Origin: Macrostomum lignano
Taxonomy: Eukaryota
Length of the DNA: 64,000 bases
Assembly: GCA_002269645.1 (NCBI GenBank)
Contig: NIVC01000578.1
Location: 324,549 to 388,548, forward strand
Direction of reading: 5' to 3'
Position 1 is the stretch's first letter. Each line of letters opens with the position of its first letter. Both the position numbers and the translations under genes were made by a program. The notes below the pieces were generated by a model, which was given only the letters and a program-made list of their open reading frames with translations, was not told the DNA's origin and did not search any database. Shown piece after piece: positions 50,201 through 58,085 of this stretch.

Positions 50201-53200
50201 ATGACCGCTCGTACAATGACAGCTCATGCAATGACAGCTCATACAATGACAGCTCATACAGTGACAGCTCATACAGTGACAGCTCATACAATGACAGCTC
50301 TTGCAATGACAGCTCATACAATGACAGCTCGTACAATGACAGCTCATGCAATGACCGCTCGTACAATGACAATTAATCCGATGAAAGCTCGTACAATGAC
50401 AGCTCATACAATGACAGCTAAAACAGTGACAGCTCATATAATGACAGCTCATATAATGACAGCTCATACAGTGACAGCTCATACAATGACAGCTCATACA
50501 GTGACAGCTCATGCAATGACAGCTCATCCAATGACAGCTCATCTAATGACAGCTCATACAGTGACAGCTAATCCAATGACAGCTCATACAGCCCTGCGCA
50601 CCTGCTCGGAGATATTGTGCCTGGCCAGCAGGTCCTCGGCGTCGTACAGCTGAGCTCCGGCTTCCTTGCCAGCTGGCAGCGACTCTCGCAGGACAAGCAG
50701 CTGGGTGCGCAGAGCGTCGACCTCCTTGCTGATGGCAACGATGTCAGCGTAGGGCCGGATGACGGCCTCCTTGGATTTGAAGGCCTCCATCAGCTGGTCC
50801 CACTTGGCGTGCACATCGTCGCGAGCCTCGGCAATGCTGGCCTTGTCGTGGTAGTTCTCCTCGATGAGGCGGCGGGCGGCCTGGTAGAACGGCTCGAACC
50901 GGATCTCCTTCTGGTTGAGGATGGCGCTCTGGATGCCCACCAGGCGTTCCCAGACATCCTCGATGTCCTTCATGCTGTCCTCGTTGAAGCGCATGTCAGC
51001 CAGGGCGGAGCTCAGCTCGCCCAGAGTCTTCAGTCGGGCCGGCTTCATCACCTGGGTGAAATGGCGAGCCCGCTTCTCCAGCTCCAGCTGCTTGAGCAAC
51101 TCGCTGACCAAAGCCTTCTCTCTGGCCTGCGGTTGGTGAAGGGTGACGCGTGCGAATAAGAGTAAGAGTAAGAGTAAGAGTAATGAATGAGAGTACCTGA
51201 AGTGAATGAGTGTATCTGAAGTGAATGAGAGTATCTGAGGTGCCTGAGAGTACCTGAATCGACGGGAGTAGCTGAATCGACTGGGAATAGCTGAAGTGAC
51301 TGAGAGTACCTGAAGTGACTGGGAGTACCTGAGGTGACTGAGAGTACCTGAGGTGACTGAGAGTACCTGACGTGACGGGAGTACCTGAGGTGACTGAGAG
51401 TACCTGAAGTGACGGAAGTACCTGAAGTGACTGGGAGTACCTGAAGTGACGGGAGCAGCTGAAGTGAATAAGAGTACCTGAGGTGACTGAGAGTACCTGA
51501 AGTGACTGAGAGTACCTGAGGTGACTGAGAGTACCTGAAGTGACTGGGAGTACCTGAAGTGAATAAGAGTACCTGAGGTGACTGAGAGTACCTGAAGTGA
51601 CTGAGAGTACCTGAGGTGACTGAGAGTACCTGAAGTGACTGAGAGTACCTGAGGTGACTGAGAGTACCTGAAGTGACTGAGAGTACCTGAGGTGACTGAG
51701 AGTACCTGAAGTGACGGGAGTAGCTGAAGTGACTGGGAGTACCTGAGGTGACTGAGAGTACCTGAGGTGACTGAGAGTACCTGAAGTGACTGAGAGTACC
51801 TGAGGTGACTGAGAGTACCTGAAGTGACGGGAGTAGCTGAAGTGACTGGGAGTACCTGAAGTGACTGAGAGTACCTGAGGTGACTGAGAGTACCTGAAGT
51901 GACGGGGAGTACCTGGTGACCAAAAGTACGTTAAAGTGACCCGGGTACACTGACTCCCCCCGCTTACCTGTTCCACATCCTCCAGCTTGGCCCAGGCCTC
52001 GCCAAGATCCTCCAGAGTTTTGCCATCCTTAGGCGTGTACACCCGGTGGCCCTCCTTCCGCTGCAGATTCTGAATATCGTACAGCAGCACCTCCAGATTC
52101 GTCAGTTCGCCAAATCTAAATGATTAGTTGTCAGGGTGGTGGCTCCCTACTTGAATCTATGTCTTCATGATCATAAATTATAGTTCATAAATCATATTTT
52201 AACTCAAATACAACACAGTAGATACAAACAGCAAATATTCGTGAATAAATATCTGGAAAATATTTCAATATTTTGTGTGACTGTAAAAAAACAAAGCACG
52301 ACACTCTAGGGAAAATATTAGCGGCTTGCATTAGTACTGCTAGAAATGACTTTAGGAACGAATGCTTTCTTGCAGCGCATAGCTTTATTGACAGAAACAA
52401 AGATAAGAAAACAGTAGCACAGCATATTGCTACTAATGATAGGAAAGTAATTAGATTTACTGGGTCAATTGCATCTGATGTGCCGATTACATTTCATACG
52501 ACAAGCTTTGCCTTCAAACTATCTATGGCCCCAACTGGCTATGACAAACTATCTATGGCCCCGACTGGCTATGACAAACTATATATGGCCCCAACTGGCT
52601 ATGACAAACTATCTATGGCCCCAACTGGCTATGACAAACTATCTATGGCCCCAACTGGCTATGACAAACTATCTATGGCCCCAACTGGCTATGACAAACT
52701 ATCTATGGCCCCAACTGGCTATGACTCAAACTATTTACGCCCTAAACTGGATATGACTCAAACTATTTACGCCCTAAACTGGATATGACTCAAACTATTT
52801 ACGCCCTAAACTGGATATGACTCAAACTATTTACGCCCCAAACTGGATATGACTCAAACTATTTACGCCCCAAACTGGATATGACTCAAACTATTTACGC
52901 CGCCCCAAACTGGATATGACTCAAACTATTTACGCCCTAAACTGGATATGACTCAAACTATTTACGCCGCAAACTGAATATGACTCAAACTATTTACGCC
53001 CCAAACTGGATATGACTCAAACTATTTACGCCGCCCCAAACTGGATATGACTCAAACTATTTACGCCCCAAACTGGCTATGGCTCAAACTACCTGCAACC
53101 CGAAATTCCAATCCAATTGCAATTATTGCAAACGGAAGGGTAAATTATTTAATACCAGCTAAAATCGCACTCCAAAAGGCCTTTGCAGACAGCAGTCGGA

Positions 53201-56200
53201 CTTCAAGTAGGATCATGCTCTCGTAAAAAACAACAGAATTCTCAAAAGCATTCAAAGCAATCCTCACAAAACAACAAGGATAGCAAACTCGCAAATAATC
53301 TGGCAGAACACTGACCCAAAAAGAACCGGGTTTACATGCAGTAAACAGAAATTACTCTTTCAGTTGCCTTTATAAGGTAGAATAATTACTTAATGAATCT
53401 GATTGGCGGCAAAAGTGCATACGCAAAAGTGCATGCCCAGGACAAAAAAGGACAAATATAAGAACGCGTCTGCTGGGATCTCTTACGCTGCTAAATTCAG
53501 CTTGCGCCAAGTTGAAGAGGCCTGGAACAGTGCGATTAAAATAACAAAAATATGCGATTGACAAACTCAATTACCGAGATTAACTGAAAAGTGAATTGTG
53601 ATGCCAAATTACGATTTGCACACATCTGATTGCTAGAAACTGATTGACTGACAGGTGACTGGCGCTAATAATAAACCAATGAGTCACCTTCGATAATACA
53701 GCAGCTTCTTAATCATCAGGTACCGGGTTTGCATGACAAACCACGGGCCCAGGCTAAAATTGATGGCAAACAAAAGTGCATATTTGAGCTACTCAAGCAA
53801 ACAGAGCAGCCGGTGCGGCAGGTGCCAAAATGCCGATTCAGCGATCCAAGCGCGATCAGCATGCGGAGGCAGAGTAAAATCTGCGGCTTGTTCAAATTCA
53901 TATTCAATGTTTTATACAATACAATCTATGCACAAGCAACAGAAACGAGAAAAGAGGTCGTTTCACAAACCCGAATTTTCAAAATGTCGAAGGACACTAT
54001 TAGCTCAAAATTTAATATCACCGAAAATCTATGCAGCCCATTTCAAAATACCGAAATTTTCTAAACCCGAAATATCACAAACCCGAAATATCAAAAACAC
54101 GAAATATCACAAACCCGAAATATCACAAACCCGAAATATTACAAACCCGAAATATCACAAACCCGAAATATCAAAAACCCGAAATATCAAAAACCCGAAA
54201 TATCAAAAACCCGAAATATTACAAACCCGAAAGTTAAAAAACTCGAAATATCACAAACCCGAAATATCACAAACCCGAAAGCTTAAAAACCCGAAATATC
54301 ACAAACCCGAAATATCAAAAACTCGAAATATCACAAACCCGAAATATCACAAACCCGAAATTTCACAAACCTGAAATATCACAAACCCGAAATAACAAAA
54401 ATTCGAAATTTTACAATGTCGAAATGCCTGTTATCTCTCCTGTATATTTCGACGTGAAATTTCGGGCCTGTGAAACTTCGGGTTTGTGAGATTTCGGGTT
54501 TGTATCGCCCCCCCACACAGGGAATAACAGAAGCAGCAGAAGACCGCCACGGGAAGCAGCACTCACTTCTCGAACTTCTCCACCTGCACGTAGGAGTTGA
54601 ACTTTCGCTTCTCCTCCTGCAGCCCGGCGATGCTGTTGGGGAAGTCGCGGCTGCTCAGCCACGCGATGGTCCGCTTGATCCAGGCGAACAGGTCGTCCAC
54701 GTTGGCCTCGTAGCGCTGCACATTGCGGGCGGTCTTATTCAAGTCGTTGAGGAAGTTCGTCACCCTCTTGGAGCCCGTCTCCTCCGTCTTGGCCTTGTTC
54801 AGCGCGCTGTACAGGTCCGTCACGTAGATGATGATGGACTTCTCGTCTGGCACTTCGACGGCAACGTCCTCGGCGTCTAACAGCTTGGCGACGCCGAACT
54901 GGTCGTTGGCGACATCGAAGGCGTGGTTGAGGTTGCCCAGCTTGTCCGCCGGCTTCAGCTTGTCGTAGTCGAAGGCCTCGGGACGGTGGGCGTGCAGCAG
55001 CGCGTTGAAGGCCATGCCATTGTTCCAGGATTTGTGGAAGTCCTGGCGATGACGGGCGGGTGGGAGACTGGGCGCTGAACAGGGATTTCTATGGTTTTTA
55101 TTCTTGGATTTCTATGGATTTGATCTGGGATTTGTATGGATTTGATCTGGGATTTCTATGGATTTGATCTGGGATTTCTATGGATTTGATCTGGGATTTC
55201 TATGGATTTGATCTGGGATTTCTATGGATTTGATCTGGGATTTCTATGGATTTGATCTGGGATTTCTATGGATTTGATCTGGGATTTCTATGGATTTGAT
55301 CTGGGATTTCTATGGATTTGATCTGGGATTTCTATGGATTTTATCTGGGATTTCTATGGATTTGATCTGGGATTGCTATAGATTTGATCTGGGATTTTTA
55401 TGGATTTATGGGACTCAGATATTCCGGGTAAATCTCATTTACGAGCTGGGCTCCGAGTGCATTGATATCTGAGATCATTTACCTGTATGTTGCAGTTGGG
55501 ATAGCCCTTAGTCTTCTGCTGGCACCACAGCAGCAGGGCATCGTTGATAGACTTGGCCTCCTGGGAGATCTCGGCATTGTTGGTGGCCAGCTCCTCGGCA
55601 ATCATGGCGATGTGGTAGTGGCGGATCATCTGCCAGATGAGGCCCAGGGTCAGCGTCACGTCTCCGTCTACGATGTTCTCGTTGCCGATGCCCACGATCA
55701 CCGGTGGGCCGTCGCGGACCGCCCCGGTGCGGGTGTCCCGGATTCGCTTGCGGGTATTGCGGAGCACGTCCAGCGCCCGGGACACATTGTCCACCCGCTG
55801 CACCCGCAGGAAGCCCTGGTTGGGCCGGCCGATGCTCACCTGGGGGATGGAGAGATTCGGGATATTGACAGGTGCATTTTGGGATATTTGACAGGTGGAT
55901 TTTGGGATATTGACAGGCGGATTTTGGGATATTGACATGTGTGTTTTCGGATACTGACAGGTGCATTTCGGGATATTGACAGGTGGGTTGTGGGATATTT
56001 ACAGGTGGGTTGTGGGACACTGACAGGTGCATTTCGGGATATTGACAGGTGGGCTGCGGGATATTGACAGGTGGGTTGTGGGATATTTACAGCTGGATTT
56101 CAGGATATTGACAGGTGGGCTGCGGGATATTGACAGGTGGGTTTTGGGATATTGACAACTGGATTTTGGGATATTGACAGGTGGGCTGTGGGATATTGAC

Positions 56201-58085
56201 AGGTGGATTTCGGGATATTGACAGGTGGGTTGTGGGATATTGACAGGTGGGTTTTGGGATATTAACAGGTGGATTTCGGGATATTGACAGGTGGGTTGTG
56301 GGATATTGACAGGTGGATTTCGGGATATTGACAGGTGGGTTGTGGGATATTGACAGGTGGGTTTTGGGATATTGACAACTGGATTTTGGGATATTGACAG
56401 GTGGGCTGTGGGATATTGACAGGTGTGTTTTGGGATATTGACAGGTGGGTTTTGGGATATTGACAACTGGATTTTGGGATATTGACAGGTGGGCTGTGGG
56501 ATATTGACAGGTGTGTTTTGGGATTTTGACAGGTGGATTTTGGGACACTGACAGGTGCATTTCGGGATATTGACAGGTGTGTTTTGGGATATTGACAGGT
56601 GGGTTGTGGGACACTGACAGGTGCATTTCGGGATATTGACAGGTGGGCTGTGGGATATTGACAGGTGGGTTGTGGGATATTTACAGCTGGATTTCAGGAT
56701 ATTGACAGGTGGGCTGCGGGATATTGACAGGTGGGTTTTGGGATATTGACAACTGGATTTTGGGATATTGACAGGTGGGCTGTGGGATATTGACAGGTGG
56801 ATTTCGGGATATTGACAGGTGGGTTGTGGGATATTGACAGGTGGGTTTTGGGATATTAACAGGTGGATTTCGGGATATTGACAGGTGGGCTGCGGGATAT
56901 TGACAGGTGGGTTTGCTGGATATTGACAGGTGGATTTCAGGATATTGACAGGTGGGCTGCGGGATATTGACAGGTGGATTTCGGGATATTGACAGGTGGG
57001 CTGCGGGATATTGACAGGTGGGCTGCGGGATATTGACAGGTGGATTTCGGGATATTGACAGGTGGGTTTTGGGATATTAACAGGTGGATTTCGGGATATT
57101 GACAGGTGGGCTGCGGGATATTGACAGGTGGGTTTGCTGGATATTGACAGGTGGGTTTGGGATATTGACAGGTGGATTTCGGGATATTGACAGGTGGGTT
57201 GTGGGATATTGACAGGTGGGTTTTGGGATATTGACATGTGCATTTTTTAGCCTTTAATACAGGCTAATTTAACATTTCCGTAACACTCCTAGACGGGCTC
57301 TCGCTCCAACAATGCTCACCCAGTCAATGCCACCTGTGCCCTCTCTTACCTAACCATAAAAATACCCAGATCACTAAATTAATTGGCAAAAATGACCGTC
57401 GCAAATCTGAGCGGCTTCAAATTTCACAGTAAGCCATAAAACTAATGAGCTGCCACCCACACTGGGCACGCGGAGAGAGTTGCCTGGGCTGTTGCCTGCA
57501 CTGCGCCCAGAGCTCCAGCTTGACTAAGACTATTTGCATTTGATTTCATGCCAGCTTACACGACTGCCATATTTGGGGCCACAGAAGACTTCGAAAAGGG
57601 GACTAAGCTGCTTTGAAAAACCTGGAGAAGCTGGGACGATGAGGATCTGGGAGGCTGGCCCAGCAACTGAGGATCTGGGAGGCTGGCCCAGCAACTGAGG
57701 ATCTGGGAGGCTGGCCCAGCAACTGAGGATCTGGGAGACTTGCCCCCCAGCAACTGAGGATCTGGTAGGCTGGCCCAGCAACTGACACTCTGGGAGGCTG
57801 GCCCAGCAAATGAGGATCTGGAAGGCTGGCCCAGCAACTGAGGATCTGGGAGGCTGGCCCAGCAACTGAGAATATAAGGCAACTCACCTTCTGCAGGATC
57901 TCAACCAGGCGGATGAGGCGGCGGCCGTCGCGCAGGTCGGTGAGCAGGTTAGCAACCCGGTAGTTGGGCTCGGACAAGAAGCGGTTGGTCCAGCGCTCAA
58001 AAGTCTTTTTCTGCACATTCTCCCGGATCCGCTTGAGATCCTTGGAGTGCATCTCAATGTCCATCTGGCTTTGAAAAGAAGCCAT
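16572..58085 (-). CDS. kst: Beta-heavy spectrin (karst/sma-1/SPTBN5-like); 33 coding exons, ~4141 aa if one base is restored at ~47430
   Basis: N-terminal CH1 (QKKTFERWTNRFL; IVDGDVTLTLGLIWQMI) and CH2 (DFHKSWNNGMAFNALLHAHRPE), a long run of spectrin repeats, an internal SH3, a C-terminal PH domain and a basic tail (KKKSSSLFRMFSGRKKK). Summed exon length 12425+1 nt = 4142 codons. Size plus the internal SH3 distinguishes beta-H from conventional beta-spectrin. Confidence 0.92.
17053..17088. repeat. (AGAC)n microsatellite
   Basis: Direct reading. Confidence 0.9.
17431..18895. mobile_element. hAT (Charlie-like) MITE with an internal ~1.28-kb polypurine 20/21-bp array (17500-18780)
   Basis: TIRs CAGGGGTCAGCAAACT / AGTTTGCCGACCCCTG; flanks GCCCAGAC and GCCTACTAGAC resemble a degenerate 8-bp TSD. 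Confidence 0.75.
18955..19026 (-). CDS. kst: exon 32 (72 nt)
   Basis: EPRSPAGQQVSQTLPRVAVSADVS; CGCAG acceptor, GTATGG donor, phase 1-1. Confidence 0.55.
19338..19364 (-). CDS. kst: exon 31, 27-nt micro-exon (ADGDSSSDE)
   Basis: TTTTTCATTGCCGCAG acceptor, GTTTGT donor, phase 1-1; GC-rich island in an AT-rich intron. Confidence 0.6.
19520..20215. repeat. 28-bp minisatellite CTAATCTGCTTCCGATAATCCACTTCCT (intron 30)
   Basis: Direct reading. Confidence 0.9.
20242..20835 (-). CDS. kst: exon 30 (PH end, Ser/Ala-rich tail)
   Basis: HVTGD...HALRLHLRDGSLYLL...LTWQGQI; phase 1-1. Confidence 0.86.
20913..21100. repeat. 92-bp direct tandem duplication
   Basis: GTATATTAAATT...GATACGCGCCCATCT occurs twice (20919, 21011). 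Confidence 0.9.
21270..21710. repeat. 28-bp minisatellite, same family as 19520-20215
   Basis: CCACTAATCTGCTTCCGATAATCCGCTT units. Confidence 0.9.
22790..23446. repeat. C-rich CTCAGCTCCCCCACACC array (G-rich on the sense strand)
   Basis: Direct reading. Confidence 0.9.
23447..24359 (-). CDS. kst: exon 29 (last repeats, low-complexity linker, PH start)
   Basis: AAHKATKLE...ELTLLERR...IEGELEIRQDLQAGGQKFPIKKWKKRFAALCGHQLAVFKDKS; phase 0-1. Confidence 0.87.
24395..25113. repeat. 27-bp minisatellite, ~26 units
   Basis: AACCGGCCTAAGCCAGTACACAGCCTG grading to AACTGGCCTAAACCAGTACACAATCTG. Confidence 0.95.
25239..25445 (-). CDS. kst: exon 28
   Basis: VINEDVSAVERLWQEL...LAVEQ; phase 0-0. Confidence 0.85.
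25485..25858. repeat. 24-bp minisatellite ACAGAGAGAATAGATACAAAGACT
   Basis: Direct reading. Confidence 0.85.
25899..26403 (-). CDS. kst: exon 27
   Basis: SQEIVLKS...SDAET; phase 2-0. Confidence 0.85.
26465..26880. repeat. Degenerate ~21-bp TGACCAATCTATAAAATGATT repeats
   Basis: Direct reading. Confidence 0.7.
26913..27484 (-). CDS. kst: exon 26
   Basis: VIHGVLEVG...AKSWIEEK...FDSWL; phase 0-2. Confidence 0.86.
27640..28265. repeat. ~21-bp ACAGATCTACAGATCATAGAC repeats
   Basis: Direct reading. Confidence 0.85.
28300..28849 (-). CDS. kst: exon 25
   Basis: TKRPQL...FLAEAQDEIAWI...ENRRQ; phase 2-0. Confidence 0.85.
28863..29045. repeat. 20-bp GTGTCAGTTATGATATCAGA repeats
   Basis: Direct reading. 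Confidence 0.8.
29054..29553 (-). CDS. kst: exon 24
   Basis: SLETRLRD...ATADE; phase 0-2. Confidence 0.85.
29597..29912. repeat. ~22-bp AGTAGGGTGTCAGGGCAGGGAG repeats
   Basis: Direct reading. Confidence 0.8.
29932..30417 (-). CDS. kst: exon 23
   Basis: AASIYPQ...NQFCDWAGDF...RRGLQ; phase 0-0. Confidence 0.85.
30495..30795 (-). mobile_element. tRNA-derived SINE with a CORE-like central domain
   Basis: Minus strand: A box TAGCCTAGTGG, B box GGTTCGATTC, then TGTCCTTAAGCAAGACACTTAAC and TCAGCTGTAAAATGGG (MIR/CORE-like), and a short (AATAAGC)n-like tail. Confidence 0.75.
30901..31281 (-). CDS. kst: exon 22
   Basis: ERIDRLKTE...IMEEFQ; phase 0-0. Confidence 0.85.
31335..32685. repeat. 20-bp minisatellite GACAGTAGGGTGTCAGGGTA, ~67 units
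   Basis: Direct reading. Confidence 0.95.
32722..33333 (-). CDS. kst: exon 21
   Basis: VKERLKSTEQ...LTVDQ; phase 0-0. Confidence 0.85.
33400..34155. repeat. 19-bp minisatellite CAGCTACTCAATCAGCTAC
   Basis: Direct reading. Confidence 0.95.
34182..34508 (-). CDS. kst: exon 20
   Basis: IGRAVDDVINMKE...HPLLEQ; phase 0-0. Confidence 0.85.
34530..35045. repeat. 68-bp tandem repeat, ~7.5 units
   Basis: GATGTGGGAG recurs at 34571, 34639, 34707, 34775, 34843, 34911, 34979. Confidence 0.95.
35564..35899 (-). CDS. kst: exon 19
   Basis: DNAERVADRQ...SWIDD...FSDE; phase 0-0. Confidence 0.86.
35985..36200. repeat. 27-bp CATAGCAAATATTGCTACGTTGGTTAC repeats
   Basis: Direct reading. Confidence 0.8.
36238..36456 (-). 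CDS. kst: exon 18
   Basis: ALEIHEYNKDVSEF...SKLDK; phase 0-0. Confidence 0.86.
36500..37084. repeat. 21-bp array switching to a 24-bp array (GGGATCATC[ATC]AGACC)
   Basis: Direct reading. Confidence 0.95.
37124..37514 (-). CDS. kst: exon 17
   Basis: HADLEAKL...DAREWIDAQ...EKNLAK; phase 2-0. Confidence 0.86.
38047..38423 (-). CDS. kst: exon 16
   Basis: VLSAAKPL...ELDWLVA; phase 0-2. Confidence 0.85.
38540..38800. repeat. Loose ~80-bp repeats anchored on CTACCGATATGT
   Basis: Motif at ~38543, 38629, 38706, 38782. Confidence 0.6.
38859..39233 (-). CDS. kst: exon 15
   Basis: SMEASLAQ...HYDADKI...EAQWIDE...HRPAFDK; phase 0-0. Confidence 0.88.
39300..39985. repeat. 20-bp minisatellite AGGAGGCACTAGAGTGACAA, ~31 near-perfect units
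   Basis: Direct reading. Confidence 0.95.
40016..40279 (-). CDS. kst: exon 14
   Basis: DAADMKAKKHP...LDRQK; phase 0-0. Confidence 0.86.
40365..40853. repeat. 35/29-bp AGAATCGGACAGAGCAGCACAAAGACCTC(AGCACT) repeats
   Basis: Direct reading. Confidence 0.9.
40884..41435 (-). CDS. kst: exon 13
   Basis: ELEAAQAK...AEWLAEK...HRAFESELAAHKPTLEKLRK; phase 0-0. Confidence 0.88.
41518..42918. repeat. 16-bp GCAGGGCGATTCCTAA array with higher-order blocks
   Basis: Direct reading. Confidence 0.95.
43027..43341 (-). CDS. kst: exon 12
   Basis: VSALANKRDADLE...KARRE; phase 0-0. Confidence 0.83.
43395..44005. repeat. 30-bp TCAGGTGGGTCAGGTAGTCAGGAGGGTAAT array
   Basis: Direct reading. Confidence 0.95.
44074..44344 (-). 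CDS. kst: exon 11
   Basis: IERFAKRAQEAKDQLEEK...LHKLLDE; phase 2-0. Confidence 0.86.
44370..46385. repeat. 36-bp array AGTAGTTTGCATTGCTACAGGCATCATGCTACTAAC, ~56 units, filling intron 10
   Basis: Direct reading; variants essentially confined to the ACAGG/ACAGA/ACATG position. Confidence 0.97.
46441..46500 (-). CDS. kst: exon 10 (60 nt)
   Basis: WDRLNKLKIAKEKKLADSS; TGCAG acceptor, GTAAGT donor, phase 2-2. Confidence 0.85.
46823..47082 (-). CDS. kst: exon 9
   Basis: DSAKQYQFFQLATAFQAWLSDKE...; phase 0-2. Confidence 0.86.
47122..47220. repeat. (GACA)n microsatellite in intron 8
   Basis: Direct reading. Confidence 0.9.
47228..47685 (-). CDS. kst: exon 8 (SH3; apparent 1-nt deletion)
   Basis: ARDPKQRDLSAEKGDVFELVQKTNNDWFSV...GFLPAIY, then a frame change to RRPSLRTAETLHADKENIAKRMGEVDMQF. 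Confidence 0.82.
47720..48092. repeat. 20-bp GAAGGCTCAGATTGGGATTT repeats
   Basis: Direct reading. Confidence 0.9.
48146..48739 (-). CDS. kst: exon 7 (ends at SH3 start)
   Basis: VKFAHL...VMVNHAYQ; phase 0-0. Confidence 0.88.
48775..49035. repeat. 23-bp CCACCCACGCAATCAGTCCACTG repeats
   Basis: Direct reading. Confidence 0.9.
49057..49401 (-). CDS. kst: exon 6
   Basis: ELLAVHDQ...EEAWLADK...HRRS; phase 0-0. Confidence 0.88.
49478..50590. repeat. 15-bp ATGACAGCTCATACA array, ~74 units
   Basis: Direct reading. Confidence 0.95.
50602..51126 (-). CDS. kst: exon 5
   Basis: AREKALVSELL...HNISEQ; phase 0-0. Confidence 0.88.
51165..51915. repeat. 19-bp GAGTACCTGAAGTGACTGA array
   Basis: Direct reading. 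Confidence 0.95.
51968..52115 (-). CDS. kst: exon 4
   Basis: FGELTNLEVLLYDIQ...WAKLEDVEQ, resembling beta-spectrin repeat 1; phase 2-0. Confidence 0.88.
52515..53090. repeat. 30-bp array grading into a related 32-bp array (AACTGGCTATGAC / AACTGGATATGAC core)
   Basis: Direct reading. Confidence 0.9.
53964..54505. repeat. 16-bp AAACCCGAAATATCAC array with inverted copies at the right end (MITE-like)
   Basis: ACAAACCCGAA at 53964 and TTCGGGTTTGT repeated at ~54478-54505. Confidence 0.8.
54567..55042 (-). CDS. kst: exon 3 (CH2, repeat 1)
   Basis: DFHKSWNNG...VQVEKFE; phase 0-2. Confidence 0.9.
55085..55420. repeat. 22-bp GGGATTTCTATGGATTTGATCT array
   Basis: Direct reading. Confidence 0.9.
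55483..55839 (-). CDS. kst: exon 2 (CH1 end, linker, CH2 start)
   Basis: VSIGRPNQ...LLLWCQQKTKGYPNCNIQ; CAG acceptor, GTAAAT donor, phase 0-0. Confidence 0.9.
55855..57240. repeat. 22-bp GGGATATTGACAGGTGGGTTGT array, ~62 units
   Basis: Direct reading. Confidence 0.95.
57640..57870. repeat. 28-bp GAGGATCTGGGAGGCTGGCCCAGCAACT, ~8 units
   Basis: Direct reading. Confidence 0.9.
57888..58085 (-). CDS. kst: beta-H spectrin coding exon 1 (CH1 start)
   Basis: ATG in ACCATGG context; MASFQ...VEILQK (66 codons); donor GTGAGT. Confidence 0.9.

Noticed and set aside
49434-50653. Metallothionein-like MSCHC repeat ORF
   Set aside because: Translation of the 15-bp intronic array lying between two in-phase spectrin exons.
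20206-51159. Numerous plus-strand ORFs overlapping spectrin exons
   Set aside because: Antisense shadows of GC3-rich coding sequence.
31335-57240. AG-dinucleotide depletion of arrays on the sense strand
   Set aside because: True for some arrays (31335, 43395, 54050) but not for others (39300, 44370, 33400), so it is not a general rule.
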